A stretch of 64,000 nt of DNA from the human T2T-CHM13v2.0 reference genome, Homo sapiens. Below are positions 1-12,688 of the stretch, in pieces. Within the stretch, counting starts at the first letter, position 1, and every line of letters begins with the position of its first letter. Location: NCBI RefSeq assembly GCF_009914755.1, contig NC_060935.1. The stretch is one strand, 5' to 3'. The translations under genes were made by a program, and so were the position numbers. The notes below the pieces were generated by a model that worked only from the letters and a program-made list of their open reading frames with translations, ran no database searches and was not told where the DNA came from.

Positions 1-782
1 GACATGAATGCCTATATTCCACACTGTTTGTGTCCCGTATTGTGTCTTACCTCAAGTTGCCTGGCCCCAGAACTTCTCTTCCATTCTCATCTCCATACCT
101 AGTTCACAGAAGCATACTCAGCCTTCTGCGTGGTCTATTGTTATCACTGGCTAAGGTTACAGGCAGTGCTAGAAAATAGGGTTTATTTCAAGCTGACTCA
201 ATGAGTGGTAGTTTCCTGGAGAGGAGGACTAGGGATGAGAAATAGCAGAGGCTGCCTGACTGGGGCTTCATCAGAATATTCTCAATATGGAGCACTGCAG
301 TGAGATCTGCCCAAGGATGTAGGTTGCACCAGAGGCCCAACACTTAGCTGCTGGGGCTTCAGAGGGCAGAGCCCAGAGGTGGGCAGTGGGGCCTCTGCTA
401 ATGCTTGGACAGCAGAGGAGATCTAATCCTAATCCCCCAAACACAGATCTTTCCCAGGTCTGTTTGTCTTCCCCTAATCCTCTAATATTTAAAGCAATTT
501 CAATCCTATTTGAAGAGACTTCCCAGCAGTTTGAGTCTGGGGCCTCTGGAGGTAGGTATGGAAGGAGGGGGAAAGAAGGAAGCAGGGAGGAGCAAGAGTG
601 AGAGGAAGCCCTGGAGAGCAGGGGGAGGACTGAAAAGAGACAGGCTGCCAATACTGGCTGAATTACATCTTCCTGAAGCTACCTTCCCAAAGATGGCTTC
701 TTCATGATTTCTGAGAGTGAGGATGGGAAGGGAGGAAGAGAAGGTGGGCCTTAGACTAAGATCTGGCCCTTGAATAAAGTAA

Positions 783-935
783 GTTCATTCATTCATTTAT
801 TCATTCAATCAGTCAGTCAACAGAATACATATTGAGCACCTACTGTGAGGCTAAAGCTACATTGACCTTGAACAGATAACTACCAGAATCGTAATGATTA
901 CCAAAAAAAGTACAGAGTGCAGTGAGATCCTATAT
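783..935 (-). mobile_element. L2 LINE 3' end relic
   Basis: (CATT)n tail followed by 'attgagcacctactgtg', the reverse complement of the L2 3' terminus. Confidence 0.6.
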
Positions 936-1899
936 GGGCTACTCAAAGTTGAGACCAAGTCAGATGTGTCTGTAGAAGCAGAGACCTGACCATTCACTTG
1001 TATGCTATTTTTATAACCTTATCACTTGTGCTTTCTGCTCTTTGTAAAAAAAATGATTCCTGCTTCTTCTATTCTGGTGTCCTTTAGCTCTAGAGCCCTT
1101 GGCTTCTGCTCCATCAAATTGGACTAGCCAAAATTAGAAAATAATGTATTGGTCTCTGCTGGATTATGGTAGCTCATGACAAAGACCTGGGAGAAAGGAG
1201 TTTCCCAGAAAGACAAAGGGAGTGGCTCTGTCTAGAAAGATATGTGGTGGTCTAAGAATGGTCTCATTCCTTACACTTTGCCTTTTTTCAACAGACCAAG
1301 AAGAGGACACACCTCTAAGCAGGGCATCCTCATTCAAAAACATCTGCCTGTTCCAGGTTATTGAACGGTCCCTCCCTTTAAGCCACACCCCTTGCTTTGT
1401 AAACATTTAACTGACATGATAGATACAATGAATGGGTGGATGGATGGAGGGATGAGCAGGTGGATGACAGACAAATGGAAAAATAGATCTATCTTAGATA
1501 GGTGGATGATACATTAATTTCTCTAGGATTTTAAATGAGAAAGTAGAAGGTAAGATAAAAGATTGTATAACTACATAGAAGGCAAAGAACCGAAATATCA
1601 TTTCAAGCAAAAACAAAAATCTCAAGCAGTTTTTATAAGAGAAGTGCAAGCGACAGATGCAGACCAAATGTACAATTTATTTAGAAGATTCCCTGAGGGC
1701 ATTGATAGAAAAATGAGGAAGGAAAGCCAGTACCCATCAGTGTGAAGTCTGGCTAAGCATTTCTTTACACTCCTCCTTGATGCTGGGGCAAGAATGTAGG
1801 GCAGGATTTTACTGAGCAACTACTAATATTCTAATAATGCATAGAATGTAAGGGGATCTACCAAGAAATTTGCTTAAGATCTACAACATTAACCTTAAA

Positions 1900-2045
1900 C
1901 CACAGTGTTCTAGTCCATCTCTGCCAACAACTGCCTGAGTAACCTTGGGCTGCCCCTTTAAATTACAAGCCTCAATTTTCTCATCTGCGAAATGGAGATG
2001 AGACCAGGATGTCTCTATGGTCCCAACTACCTCTGATATTCTCTG
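1900..2045 (+). mobile_element. MIR/MIR3 SINE
   Basis: Core 'ctctgcc...accttggg...gcctcaattttctcatctgcgaaatgg' with a MIR3-like tail 'gtctctatggtccc...ctctgatattct'. Confidence 0.65.
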
Positions 2046-2529
2046 AGGCTAAGAAAAGGAAAACTACAGTAACACTCAGAGCAACAAGCAAACCTAGTAT
2101 CTTGCTGGGTTCCCACAGCATCTTCCAAAGACTTTCCCAGCTTTAATCCTTCATGCTCAATAAGCATCCAAGCCAGAATCAGAAATGAGAACTTCGCCAG
2201 CCCTCCACCAACTGCATTCTGAGCCTATCTCAGCAACTTCATAAGTATCTCTTCCTTGCAAAGACTTTTAAAGCATCTAGCAATGTGTTCACATGGCCAT
2301 TTTTAAAAAAATTTTCAAAATTAAGATGTTTTGTATTTCTTTATCCTAAAGAAGACAACTGGATCAGGTGCATCTGTAGCCCGACTCCAGGCCCCTCACC
2401 TCACATCTGATTTCAGCCCTGGCTGCAGTGACAGGTCTGTGCAGCTTTTGCCTCACCTCATGCTGACATCGTTTCTCTGTACATCTTTTGCTTGCTGTCC
2501 TGGGGCTTCTCCAGTGCCCTGGTGACAGG

Positions 2530-2820
2530 CTGGGCATGGGCCCACTGCATTGACCCCCTCTCACCAAGGCTGATCTAGCTGTGGTTACTGCTGAATGTCA
2601 GGAGCAGAAACCAACGCTGAGATCCCAAAGTGGCATCCTACATTGTTGGAGACACATCAGCCACTTGTGGCAAGTGGATTACATCGAACCCCTCTACCCT
2701 AGGAGGGACAGTAATTTTCCCTTCTATAACTGACACCTACTCTGGATGTGGGTTTGTTTTTATCACCTGAAGTTCTTCTATCTGAAGGCTGAAGAAATAC
2801 AGATTTGCTGACATAGGATT
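2530..2820 (+). mobile_element. ERV-L (ERV3 class) pol/integrase relic, frameshifted
   Basis: Piecewise translation gives PLTKADLAVVTAEC, QEQKPTL, WQVDYIEP and TDTYSGCGF, matching the HERV-L integrase motifs PLTKADLA..AEC / WQVDYIGP / IDTYSGYGF. Confidence 0.8.
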
Positions 2821-3230
2821 TGGTATGATTTGGATATGTGTCCCCACCCAAATTTCATGTTGAACTGTAGGTGGAGCCTAGTGGGAAGCAATTGGATCAC
2901 AGGGGCAGTTTCTCATGGATGGTTTTGCACCATCCCCTTGGTGCTGTTTTTATGATAGTGAGTTCTTATAAGATCTGGTCTTTTAAAACTTTATGCCACC
3001 TCCTCTGCGCCCTCTCTCTTTCTCCTGCTCCACCATGTGAGAAGCCTCACTCCCCTTTTGCCTTCCAACATGATTATAAGTTTCTGAGGCTTCCCCAGAA
3101 GCCACGTAGATGCCAGCTTTATGCTTCCTGTACAGCTTGTGAAACCATGAGCCAATTAAATCTCTTTTTAAAAAATAAATTACCCAGTCTCAGGTATTTC
3201 TTTATAGCAATGAGTGAATGGACTAATACA
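2821..3230 (+). mobile_element. MaLR LTR, MSTA-like
   Basis: Starts tggtatgatttggatatgtgtccccacccaaat and ends acccagtctcaggtatttctttatagcaatg...gactaataca. Confidence 0.9.
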
Positions 3231-4325
3231 GAAAATTGCTACCAATAAATAAGGAATTGCTAAAAAGATACCTGAAAATGTGGAAGCAACTTTGGAACTG
3301 GGCAACAAGCAGAGGTTGGAAGAGTTTGGAGGGCTCAGAAGACAGGAAGATGAGGAAAAGTTTTGAACATCTTAGAGACTGGTTAAATGGTTGTGATAAA
3401 AATGCTAATAGTGATGTGACAGTGAAGGCCAGGCTGAGGAGGCCTCAGATGGAAACGAGGAAATTACTGGGAACTGTAGCAAAGGGCACTTTTGGTATGC
3501 CTTGGCAAAGAACTTGGTTAGATTGTCCCCTGCTCTAGAGATCTGCAGAACTTTGAACTTGAGTGTGGTGATTTGTTTCGGGTATCTGATGGAAGAAATT
3601 TCTAAGCACCAAAGTGTTCAAGATGTGGCTTCGCTGCTTCTGACCACTTATGCTCATGTGCATGAGCAAAGACATGACCTAAAATTGAAACTTATGTTCA
3701 AAAGGGAAGCAGAGCATCAAAGTTTAGAAACTGCGGCCTAGCCATGTGGTAGAAAAAAAAAAAGCCCATTTTCAGGAGAATTCAAGTGGGCTGCTGAGCA
3801 ACCACATGCTAGGGAAAATTTGTATAACTACAAGGAAGACAAGTGCTACAGTCAAGACCAAGGGGAAAAGGCCTTGAAGGCATTTCAGAGACCTTCACAG
3901 CAGCCCCTTCCATCACAGGCCTGAAGGCCTAGGAGGACTAAAGGGTTTTGTGGGTCAGGCCCAGGGCCCCGCTCAGCCTAAGACAGTGTTTCCTCATCTC
4001 AGCTGCTCCAACTCCAGCCATGGCTCAAAGGTGCCCAGTTACAGCTCAGGCCACTGCTTCAGAGGATGCAAGCTGTAAAACTTGGTGGCTTCTATGTGGT
4101 GTTAAGCCTGCGGGTGTGCAGAGTGTAAGAGTTGAGGCTTGGGATTCGCCACCTAGATTTCAGAGGATGTATGGAAAGCCTGAAAATCCAGGCAAAAGCC
4201 TGATGCAGGGGTAGTGCCCTCATGGAAAACCTCTACTAGGGAAGCACAGAGAGGAATATGAGGTTGGAGCCTCCACACAGAGGGCACTGCCTAGTGGAGC
4301 TATGAGAAAAGGTCTACCATCCTTG
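3231..4325 (+). mobile_element. MaLR internal region (MST/THE1-int), 3' truncated
   Basis: gaaaattg...aagatacctgaaaatgtggaagcaactttggaactggg directly after the LTR; the typical int text continues to ...cactgcctagtggagctatgaga. Confidence 0.9.
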
Positions 4326-4797
4326 AGGATAATAATAAAGACTTACTGAACAGTACCATATGCAAATATTTTTTAAATATTTGTTGAATTAATGAAGAAA
4401 TACCTCACAAGGTTGCTTTGAGAACTGAGTAGGATAACTTAAACACTACAAATGACAGCTAAGAGCATTCTATCCTCTGACTTTAAAGAAAATTGACTCA
4501 GACCATCTATCTCACATTCCACTGGAAAGTTAAGGTCTTCCTGAGATTCCTATGAATGTCAGAGAGCTCCTATCTTCATGATCCCTTCAGTCGTTGATTT
4601 CTTGCTTCTATGTGATCTCATCCTCATCTTGCCACCATTCCTTCTGCTCTCAGTCTCTGTCTCTAGTGTTCTTCCTAAGGAAACATGTAAGCCGGTTGTG
4701 TGTGTATAGCAGACAGCTAACAAGGTTTGGGATAATGACAAGGGCTTATAGTCCAAAAATAGAAACAACCTAAAATTAAATATTAGGACTTATATTC

Positions 4798-5099
4798 TTT
4801 TTTTAACTTTTATTTTTCTTGAGACAGAGTCTCACTCTGTCACCAGGCTGGAGTGCAGTGGCTCAATCTTGGCTCACCGCAACCTCTGAATCCCTGGTTC
4901 AAACGATTCTCCTGCCTCAGCCTCCTGAGTAGCTGGGATTACAGTCACACACCACCATGCCCAGCTAATTTTTGTATTTTTAGTAGAGATGGGGTATTAT
5001 CATGTTTGCCAGGATGGTCTTGATCTCCTGACCTTGTGATCCACCCACCTCAGCCTCCTAAAGTGCTGGGATTACGGGCTTGAGCCACTGTGCCCAGCC
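4798..5099 (-). mobile_element. Alu (AluSc-like)
   Basis: Full dimer in reverse; 'gtcaccaggctgg' and 'ggatggtcttgatctcctgacct'; TSD taggacttatattctt (4784-4799) / tagtgcttatattctt (5100-5115). Confidence 0.95.
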
Positions 5100-5259
5100 T
5101 AGTGCTTATATTCTTAAAAGACCTTGGACCACTCAGTAGAGACCATCTCACCTTTTTCATTTCTCCATGGACTCCAGGTTCTCCACCCTGTACTTTTCTC
5201 CCCTCCTCCTCTCTCAAATCATATCTGCTCCCCCCATAACCAAATCTCTGTTCATTTCT

Positions 5260-5820
5260 CTTTTAAAAGAATTTTAAAATATTTTCATCAGAGCAATGCA
5301 TGAATATTATTATTTAAATAAAATAGTACAGACATTCTTATAATTAAATCAATAGTCTCCTCTGCCTATCCCTCTCCTCCTCTGATCCCACCCCCCAGAG
5401 GAAACCTCTTAAAACCATTTCTGTTTTGAAGGCTTCTGGTGGTTTCCTCCTTACTCTAAATGGTATATTTATACCTGTTTCTTGATTTATTGACCACAGA
5501 TATTATCTATTGTTTACCCACCATAAAATATAAAGATTTATATTCATACCACATGTAATGTCATTTTCATTGTTTTCTCTCAACTTATACACTTATTACT
5601 TTTTAGTTCTATTAATTACATTCATCATTTTAAATGATACCTTGAAATATAGATGTTTTGTTTCATCTATATCAAGTAGCATCCAAATGAAGATATGAGC
5701 ACACCTATTTTCCTTCCTATTTTTTCACGTACTTTTCTATACTCCACTCTGTTGGCTAGCTATAGCTCTACTTTTCATCATACAGAGGAACATGACATTG
5801 TACTGTATATTTCTAGGTCT
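5260..5820 (-). mobile_element. Old L1 (L1ME-type) fragments
   Basis: T-rich degraded L1-like text; subfamily not resolvable by eye. Confidence 0.45.
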
Positions 5821-5837
5821 TCCCTGTTTTATATTGC

Positions 5838-5995
5838 CGGGGTCACGGGGGCCTTCAGGGACTGGACTGGCAGTATATATGAGTCATGGCACGGAGAGTA
5901 TTGAGGACTGTAATAAACTAGAAATAAGGTGTCCCATTTAAAGACATCCAAGTTTTTAAAGTTTGTGTACTCCAAGAAGGTCATCTGCAGTTTGT
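5838..5995 (+). mobile_element. hAT-Charlie DNA transposon relic (MER102-like)
   Basis: 'ggggtcac...gccttcagggactgg...gaggactgtaataaactag...catctgcagtttg' resembles MER102. Confidence 0.4.
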
Positions 5996-6009
5996 ATTTG
6001 CTCCAGGTA

Positions 6010-6468
6010 ACCAGTATGTGTCCTCTCATGTAAGTTCTTCTTGAAGTTGAATGCCAATGAACAAAGATGGCAGGCAGTGATACCCACCACATACTTCATT
6101 TGCTCTCTTGCATTCTCCATCTTCCTTACTGTTTGATGGGCAGAGAACTATGACTGACCCTAGCCAGTAAAATATGAGAAACCTGATGAGTCATTTTCAG
6201 GTTGAGACAGTTAGAGCCCAATGAGATTTACTGATGTTTCTCTTCCTTCTGCTGTAGCTTAGGAGGCCAAATGTTCTAGATGGTGCAGCTCCACAGTGGC
6301 ATAGCCTCATCACTGGGGTTCCATTGTGACCGTGAGTAGGGGGGACAGAGTCTCATGCTGACCTGCCTAGGCCATGTGGGGTGACTGAGAAATAAATTTT
6401 CATGTGCTCAGTCAATTAAGAGAGCTGGGTTTGTTAGTTCAGCATAACCTAGGCCATTGTTACTAATA
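6010..6468 (+). mobile_element. MLT1 (I/J-type) solo LTR
   Basis: 'gttctagatggtgcagct', 'gagaaataaattttcatgtg', terminal 'ttgttagttcagcataacctag...actaata'. Confidence 0.7.
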
Positions 6469-6469
6469 T

Positions 6470-7160
6470 TTTCATTAATATTTCTATAGAAATATGTTTT
6501 ACTGCATAGATAAGAAATGAGTTAGAATTATGTTTCTTTCTCAATAAAGCCAACATCATGATTCTTTCACCACTCAATAGACAACGTTCCTACAATCTAG
6601 GTCAAATGTATCCTTTTTTCACACTCAAGAATGATACTCAACACATGACAAACTTTATTTGGTTTCAAATGTAAACCATTCATTTCTTAAGTGAATTTTT
6701 ATATTTTCTGAAATTTTCTTTTGTTCACTTTTGAGAAAAGAAGAATGCACCTTTAGTATATCCTTAAATCATTAGGGCTACAGTTATTTATTACTCAGAA
6801 CCCATTTTCTTCATGGAAATATAATTCTAGAAGTATTAAACCATCTGCTCTAACCTATACCAGTTGCCCTTTAGGCCTACCACACAACTATTATCGAGGA
6901 TATGCACTTCTTTCCTATGTTAGTTCGATAATTTCCAGAACCCCATCTACACCTCTTTTTTATTTTATCTTCTTTCTTTTGCTGGAATACATCTTCAAAT
7001 AAATTCCTTAGAAAGAATGCCTAGAAGGCAAACATTCCAAGTCTTTGGATTTCTAAAAATAACATGATTTATCCCTTTCACTTAATTAGTAATGGCTCTA
7101 TGTTCAAATGTATTTTTCCTTCAAAATCTGAAAGCAAGTTTTGCATCTGGGTTGACAGGG
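6470..7160 (-). mobile_element. Old L1 fragments
   Basis: 'ttttgctggaatacatcttc', 'tccttcaaaatctgaaag' resemble reverse-strand L1 ORF1/inter-ORF sequence. Confidence 0.45.
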
Positions 7161-9203
7161 TAAGTACACATTGCCCTGTCTCTCACACTGAATACAGCTA
7201 TGAAACCCATAGGCAATGAGTGGAGAAGCTCTTTCAGGGTGCTGAAAAGTAAATGATAGCAGCAGATTGGGAAAGAAGAACAGAATTAGAAATACCACCA
7301 AATCAGCAGTGAGTTTCCCACTTTTCCTTCACTACCTCCAGGTCTGGGCAGAGGGAGCTCCAGGAGCAGCCATCTAGCTGTGGGTCAAGAATGGGAAAAG
7401 GGAGTCCTACACTTAGAGAGAGAGGAGAAATTTCCCTTTTTTTCTTTTTGCTTTTCTCTGTTCTGATGACTCAGGTTCCCAGCAATCCTGTGATATCAGC
7501 AATGGCAGCAAAGACAGTGGTAGCAGTGAGGATCCAAAGTGGTTAAAACTCTGAGGAACCAGAATCTTCCTCTCCAATTAGAGAAGCTGTGGTGCCAAGA
7601 GGGTAGGATAAACTCCCACTGATTTTTTTTCTCTGTCCTCCTGTGGCTTGACTGCAGAAATAAGTACAGTTGCAAATTGCAGATAGCACGAGGCAAAGTG
7701 AAGAACTAAAGCCCAGCTTTCTGGACAGAGGAGTAAAAAAAAGGAAAGAACCAGAGAACTGGAAAGTGCTAGGAAGATGATAAAAAAGGAGGGGCTTGAG
7801 AAAACAATATAACAAAACGATACCATAAAGTTGTATATCAACTCCAGGGACCACCTTGAGCTATGCAGGAATGGATCTACTCTTAAACGGTACATCAAAA
7901 ATTTTGAGAACTGCACTACAGAAGCATTTCACCAGCACCCGGGTCCCCACTGTGGCCACTGGGTGGTACACATAGGAGCAGATCCAAATGGCACTGCAAA
8001 GATAGACAACTGAACGGGCATAGAAACCACAACCCAGTGAAGGTCAGTTATGATTTGCAGCCTGAATCCAACTGGGCTAGCTGCCTGATAAGACAAAAAT
8101 ATCAACATTTTCCATGGGATTGAAACAAGACCCAGAAGCTCAAAACATAATATTCAAAATGTCCAGGACACAATCCAAATTACTCAGCATATGAAGGATT
8201 AAGGAAATCTCAATCCACATGGGAAAGACAATTAACAGGTGCCAATGCCAAGAAAACACAGATGTTAGAATTACCTGACAAAGCCTTTAAAGTAGCTATT
8301 ATATATATATAAAAAACTGAAAAGTAAATGATAACAGCAGATTGGGAAAGAAGAACAGAATTAGAAATACCACCAAAAGAGTGTAAAGGAAAATACTCTT
8401 GAAGGATAGAACATATCAGGAAAGAAATATGACACAAAGAATCAAGTGGAAATTTTAGAACTGAAAACACAATAAAGAAAAATTTTAAACCACTGGGTGA
8501 AATACATAGTGGAATCAGGATGAAAGAGGAAAGAGTCTGTGAATTTTATAATTGATCATTAGAAATTATTGAAATTAAACAACAGAAAGAAAAAAATCTG
8601 AAGAAAGAATTAACAGAGCCTGAGTTACCTGTGGAACAATAACAAGAGTTCTAACATTCATGCCATCAATGTCGCAGGAGAAAAAGAGAAAAAAATTTGC
8701 AGTCTCAAGAAATTATTTGAAGAAATAATTGCTCAAAAATTCCTAAGTGGGTGAATGACATACACCTATAGACTCAGGAAGGTCAGAAAATCCCAAACAG
8801 AATAAGCCCAAGAATATCCAGTTTCCTAGACATCATAATCAAACTGCTGAAAACTACAGACAGAAACAATCAAACAAAAACATAAGAGCAGTCAGGAAAA
8901 AAAGATGGACCACTTACAGAAGAGTAATGATTCAAGTGACTGCAGATTTTTTATCAGGAACCTTGAAAGCTTGAAGAAAGTGGAATATTTTTAAAGTGCT
9001 GAAGAAAGAACTGTCAATCTAGAATTCTATTTCCACTGAAAATATCCTTTAGAAATGAAAGTGAAATAGATTTACAGACAAAGGAAAACTAAGAGAATTC
9101 ATTGCCAACAAACAGATTCTGAAAGAATTGCTAAAGGAAGAGTTCAGACTCTGGGAAAATAATTCCAGAAGAAAACCTGGACCATTAGAAATAAAGGAAG
9201 AGC

Positions 9204-9496
9204 GGCCAGGAGTAGTGGCTCATGCCTGTAATTGCAGCACTTTGGGAGGCTGAGGCAGGCGGATCACTTGAGGTCAGGAGTTTGAGACCAGCCTGGCCAA
9301 CATGGTGAAACCCTGTCTCTATAAAAATACAAAAATTAGCCAGGCGTGGTGGTGGGCACCTGTAATCCCAGCTTCTCAGGAAGCTGAGGCAGGAGGATCA
9401 CTTGAACCTGGGAAGCAAAGGTTGCAGTGAGCCGAGATTGTGCCACTGCACTGCAGCCTGGGCAACAAAGCAAGACTCCAAAAAGAAAAAAAAAAA
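9204..9496 (+). mobile_element. Alu (AluSx/Sz-like)
   Basis: ggccagg...gagaccagcctggccaacatggtgaaaccc...gcaagactcc + A tail; TSD aaggaagagc before the element and after the microsatellite. Confidence 0.95.
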
Positions 9497-9604
9497 GAAA
9501 GAAAGAAAGAGAGAGAGAGAGAGGGAAAGGAAGAAAGAAAGGAAGGAAGGAAGGAAGGAAGGAAGGAAGGAAGGAAGGAAGGAAGGAAGGAAGGAAGGAA
9601 GGAA
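9497..9604. repeat. Compound purine microsatellite (GAAA)n(GA)n(GGAA)16
   Basis: 16 perfect GGAA units at 9541-9604, counted directly. Confidence 0.97.
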
Positions 9605-9999
9605 GAGCAGCAGAAATGGTAAAGATCTGGGTAAATACAATCGACTTTTCTTCCCCTCTCCAGTTTTTTAAAATTTATTTGATAGCTGAAAACAAAAACT
9701 ACATTGTCACTGATAGGGCTATATTTGAAATAATTATGTGTTAGAAAGCAGAGTGGACACAGACTCAGGTAGATGAGCAGATGCACTGGTGGGTGCGTGA
9801 GGACATTGTCTTTTATTGCTTCTGTTTGGTCAACTAAGAGGGAGTGTGGGAGGAGTCTGTGAAGGACTGAAGAAGGAGAGTGAGTGACAGAGTCAATGAA
9901 TTAGGAAAAGGCAGTGGAGTTGCAGGATAACCTTATGGTCCTGCTTGAGTCTGGTCATCACTGTAAAGTGAGGCCAGTCCGTATGGTGGCAAGCTTTTT

Positions 10000-11420
10000 C
10001 TACCTGTATCATTGTTGTTCTTGAATGTCATCAGTTTGTGTCTAGGTGTGGATCATTGTCATGCTTTGTGTTAGACACTTAGTAGACCCTTCCAGCCTAA
10101 GGACTTCGGCCTTCCTTTGGCTCTGGGGAATGCCTTCAGATAATTTCATTGATCATTTTCTTTCTTCCATTCCCTACCCCCTCAGTCTCTCTCTTCTATA
10201 TTCTGGAAGGTATCTTTGACCTTATCTTCCAGCTATTCTACTAAATTTTTTATTTGGCAATCATATATTTTTAATCTTCACAAGAACTTCCTTGTTCTCT
10301 GGTTATTTCTATTTTATAGACTTTTTTCTCTTTTTAATTTTTTATTATTTTATTTTTAATGAGAAAAAGTTTAATGTGGTGTTTAAAAGCACAGACTTGA
10401 AAATCAAACTGGCTGCATTTAAATCACAGCTCTGCCACTTACTGGTTGTGTGAACTTGGGCAAGTTACTTAACCTCTCTATGCCAGTTTCCTCACCTTTA
10501 ACATGGGGATCATTATAATAGGTGCCTCCTATGGTATTATGAGGATTAAATGAGTTAACATATGGAAAGTGCCTAAAACAATTCCTGTGCCAGAAAAGCA
10601 CTAAGGTGGTATCAGTGACAGTGATGACAGTGATGATGATGATGACTAGGATGACAATGGACACAATGTTATCTAAAAGTTCTCTGGGGTTGTTAGAGTT
10701 TAGAAAGTTTTCTCCTGCTCTATAATTTAACCGTGTTTCCTCCCAGTCAGTTGTTCTGTTTGTTTGCCTTGTTTATATTTCACTCTGTTGATTTTCCTAG
10801 TATATTCGGCAATCTGTGTTTGCACATAAGGATTTAAAAATAAGGACTCAGTTGACTACCTAAAGTAGCTATTTTGTATGTGAGTCTCTTCATAATGGGC
10901 TTCCTTGAATAAGAAGGATGCCACAGGACACAGCTTTACAATGTCAGGCTTGCTTGAAGATGCAGGTTGCAAAGTCACCTGTAAGGTTGGAGCCAGAATG
11001 AGGAAGCCGGCATCCACACCAGGAATCTTAGATTGTCTACTGTTTGTAAGGTAGGAGCTCTGTACTGAAGAGAGAGCATGGTGAAAACTCCTCCTCCTCC
11101 CTTTCCCCACCTGAACCCAGAGCCTCTTTGAGTTTTGCAGGAAGGTTGGCTTCTACATCCTCTGCAGCCAACACCTGAACATACTTGGGGTCTCAGCTTC
11201 CTTACTACATTTCATTTACCAGCTCACTTTCTTCTGGTTTTCATTTTCCAAAGCTTTGCTGAAATCTCTCAACCGCTGGTGATTCTGACCTCACTTCCCA
11301 TTTTCTTTAATATTACGGGTTTATTCACTTTGCATTCCTTTACCGTTGGGTTAATGTGTTCTCAAGAGGAAACAGGAGGTTGATTTATATGCCTCAGTCT
11401 GCCATTTTGAACCAGAAACT
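10000..11420 (-). mobile_element. Old L1 ORF1/5'UTR fragments (with MIR inside)
   Basis: 'ctttgaccttatcttccagc', 'tcacaagaacttccttgttctctg' and 5' terminus-like 'tcagtctgccattttgaaccagaa'. Confidence 0.5.
10370..10607 (+). mobile_element. MIR SINE, near full length
   Basis: ctctgccacttactggttgtgtgaacttgggcaagttacttaacctctct...gaggattaaatgagttaa. Confidence 0.92.
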
Positions 11421-12680
11421 GCAATTCTTATGGAGAACAGTTTGACATTCTCTTTGTTTCTGTGCCTCTTTCCAAAAGATGCCCTCAACACCTCATTGTC
11501 AATACACAGTGGCTTATCAAATGTATTTTTCTAAAGAAAGACCATCTCCTCCCTCAGAGGAATGCAGTTGTGATATATTTAAATAATATTTTTCCAAATT
11601 TCTCCATCTATGCAAATCATTTAAGGCAGTACATGATTCATAGTAGTTGTTTAATAAATATTGTATCCCCTTCCCCTCTTCATAGTCTCTCCAGGCTACC
11701 ACCACTGAGTTCTAATCACATTAATAATTCTAGCAACACTCATACTCTCATCTGAATTATTTTTAGAGATTCATTTCTGGCTAGGCATGTATGTTTCTTT
11801 ATGTGTGTTTCTTCATGTTTGTCTATATTCTTATTAAGAAAAATGTGGCCCAGAGATGCTAAGGGACTCCCTCAATATTGTAAAAGTGAAAAATAGTCCA
11901 GCCAAGGCTCAGTACCATATGTACCAAGACCCAGCCTCATGCATGTTGTACTGGCCCATGCTGCCTTCCAAGGGAAGTGGGTGGCTGAGGCCTTCTCCTC
12001 CTCCTTAACAACTCCTTCTCCAGAGTTTCTGGACTCAAGATCAGAATGGAAGTCTGTCTGAATTCCAACGCTAATGCTAATATTCCATGGCAATTGCCCC
12101 TCCACCCCTAGTACCACCTCAGGGATCTTTAGGCTGAGTCAGGCACTCAAGGTTTATAGAGGCTCAAAAATTCAGCTTGGGGGTCTACATTTAGGCTGTG
12201 GGAAACTCTTTGCTCACAGAATTCTTGGGAAATTTGAGGAGACTCGTGCTTCAAAGCCACTGCTAGATTAAATGGGCATCTGTGGACACACACAAAACAA
12301 CCTAATTGTCAATCAGTTTTTATGGGAAAACAAGTTCCCAAGTAATACACAACCAATTCATGAATGAGCTACATCTCATTTGTAGGTCTGCTTATTCTCT
12401 GAAGCAGGGCTTAAGGCAGGAGAAAAAAAGGATAGAAACGATTTTCATACAATACCTTTGATTATGCTTTCGTATTTTGCAGCCTCCATCTTAAGGTTGC
12501 TATTTTAGATTTTTGAAAGGGAATTCAAAGAGAAGAAGAAAGAAAGAAACACGAAGGAAAAGAAAGAAGAAGAGGTTAAAGGAATCCATTGAGTTGTGAA
12601 TAGTCACTATAAAAGGAGGCAGCTAAATTAAATCCACCACTAGAAGAGCTAAAGTTTTGCTGCCTTCCAACCTTAAGCAT

Positions 12681-12688
12681 TGACGTCA
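12681..12688. promoter_or_regulatory. Full palindromic CRE (TGACGTCA)
   Basis: Exact motif with its CpG intact in repeat-free DNA; function untested. Confidence 0.4.

Larger units (their letters stand above)
7165..9735 (+). mobile_element. L1 (L1MC/L1M4-type) 5'UTR + degraded ORF1, interrupted by an Alu
   Basis: ORF1p remnants QMLELPDKAFKVAII (~8259), NQVEILELK (~8439) and QSLSYLWNNNKSSNI (~8614); 5'UTR motif cctgtctctcacactgaatacagct. Confidence 0.8.

Noticed and set aside
2871-4214. Chain of plus-strand ORFs
   Set aside because: All lie within the MaLR LTR/internal sequence with stops and frameshifts
9376-9786. Overlapping ORFs rich in KEGR or LPSF
   Set aside because: Translations of the Alu and GGAA microsatellite
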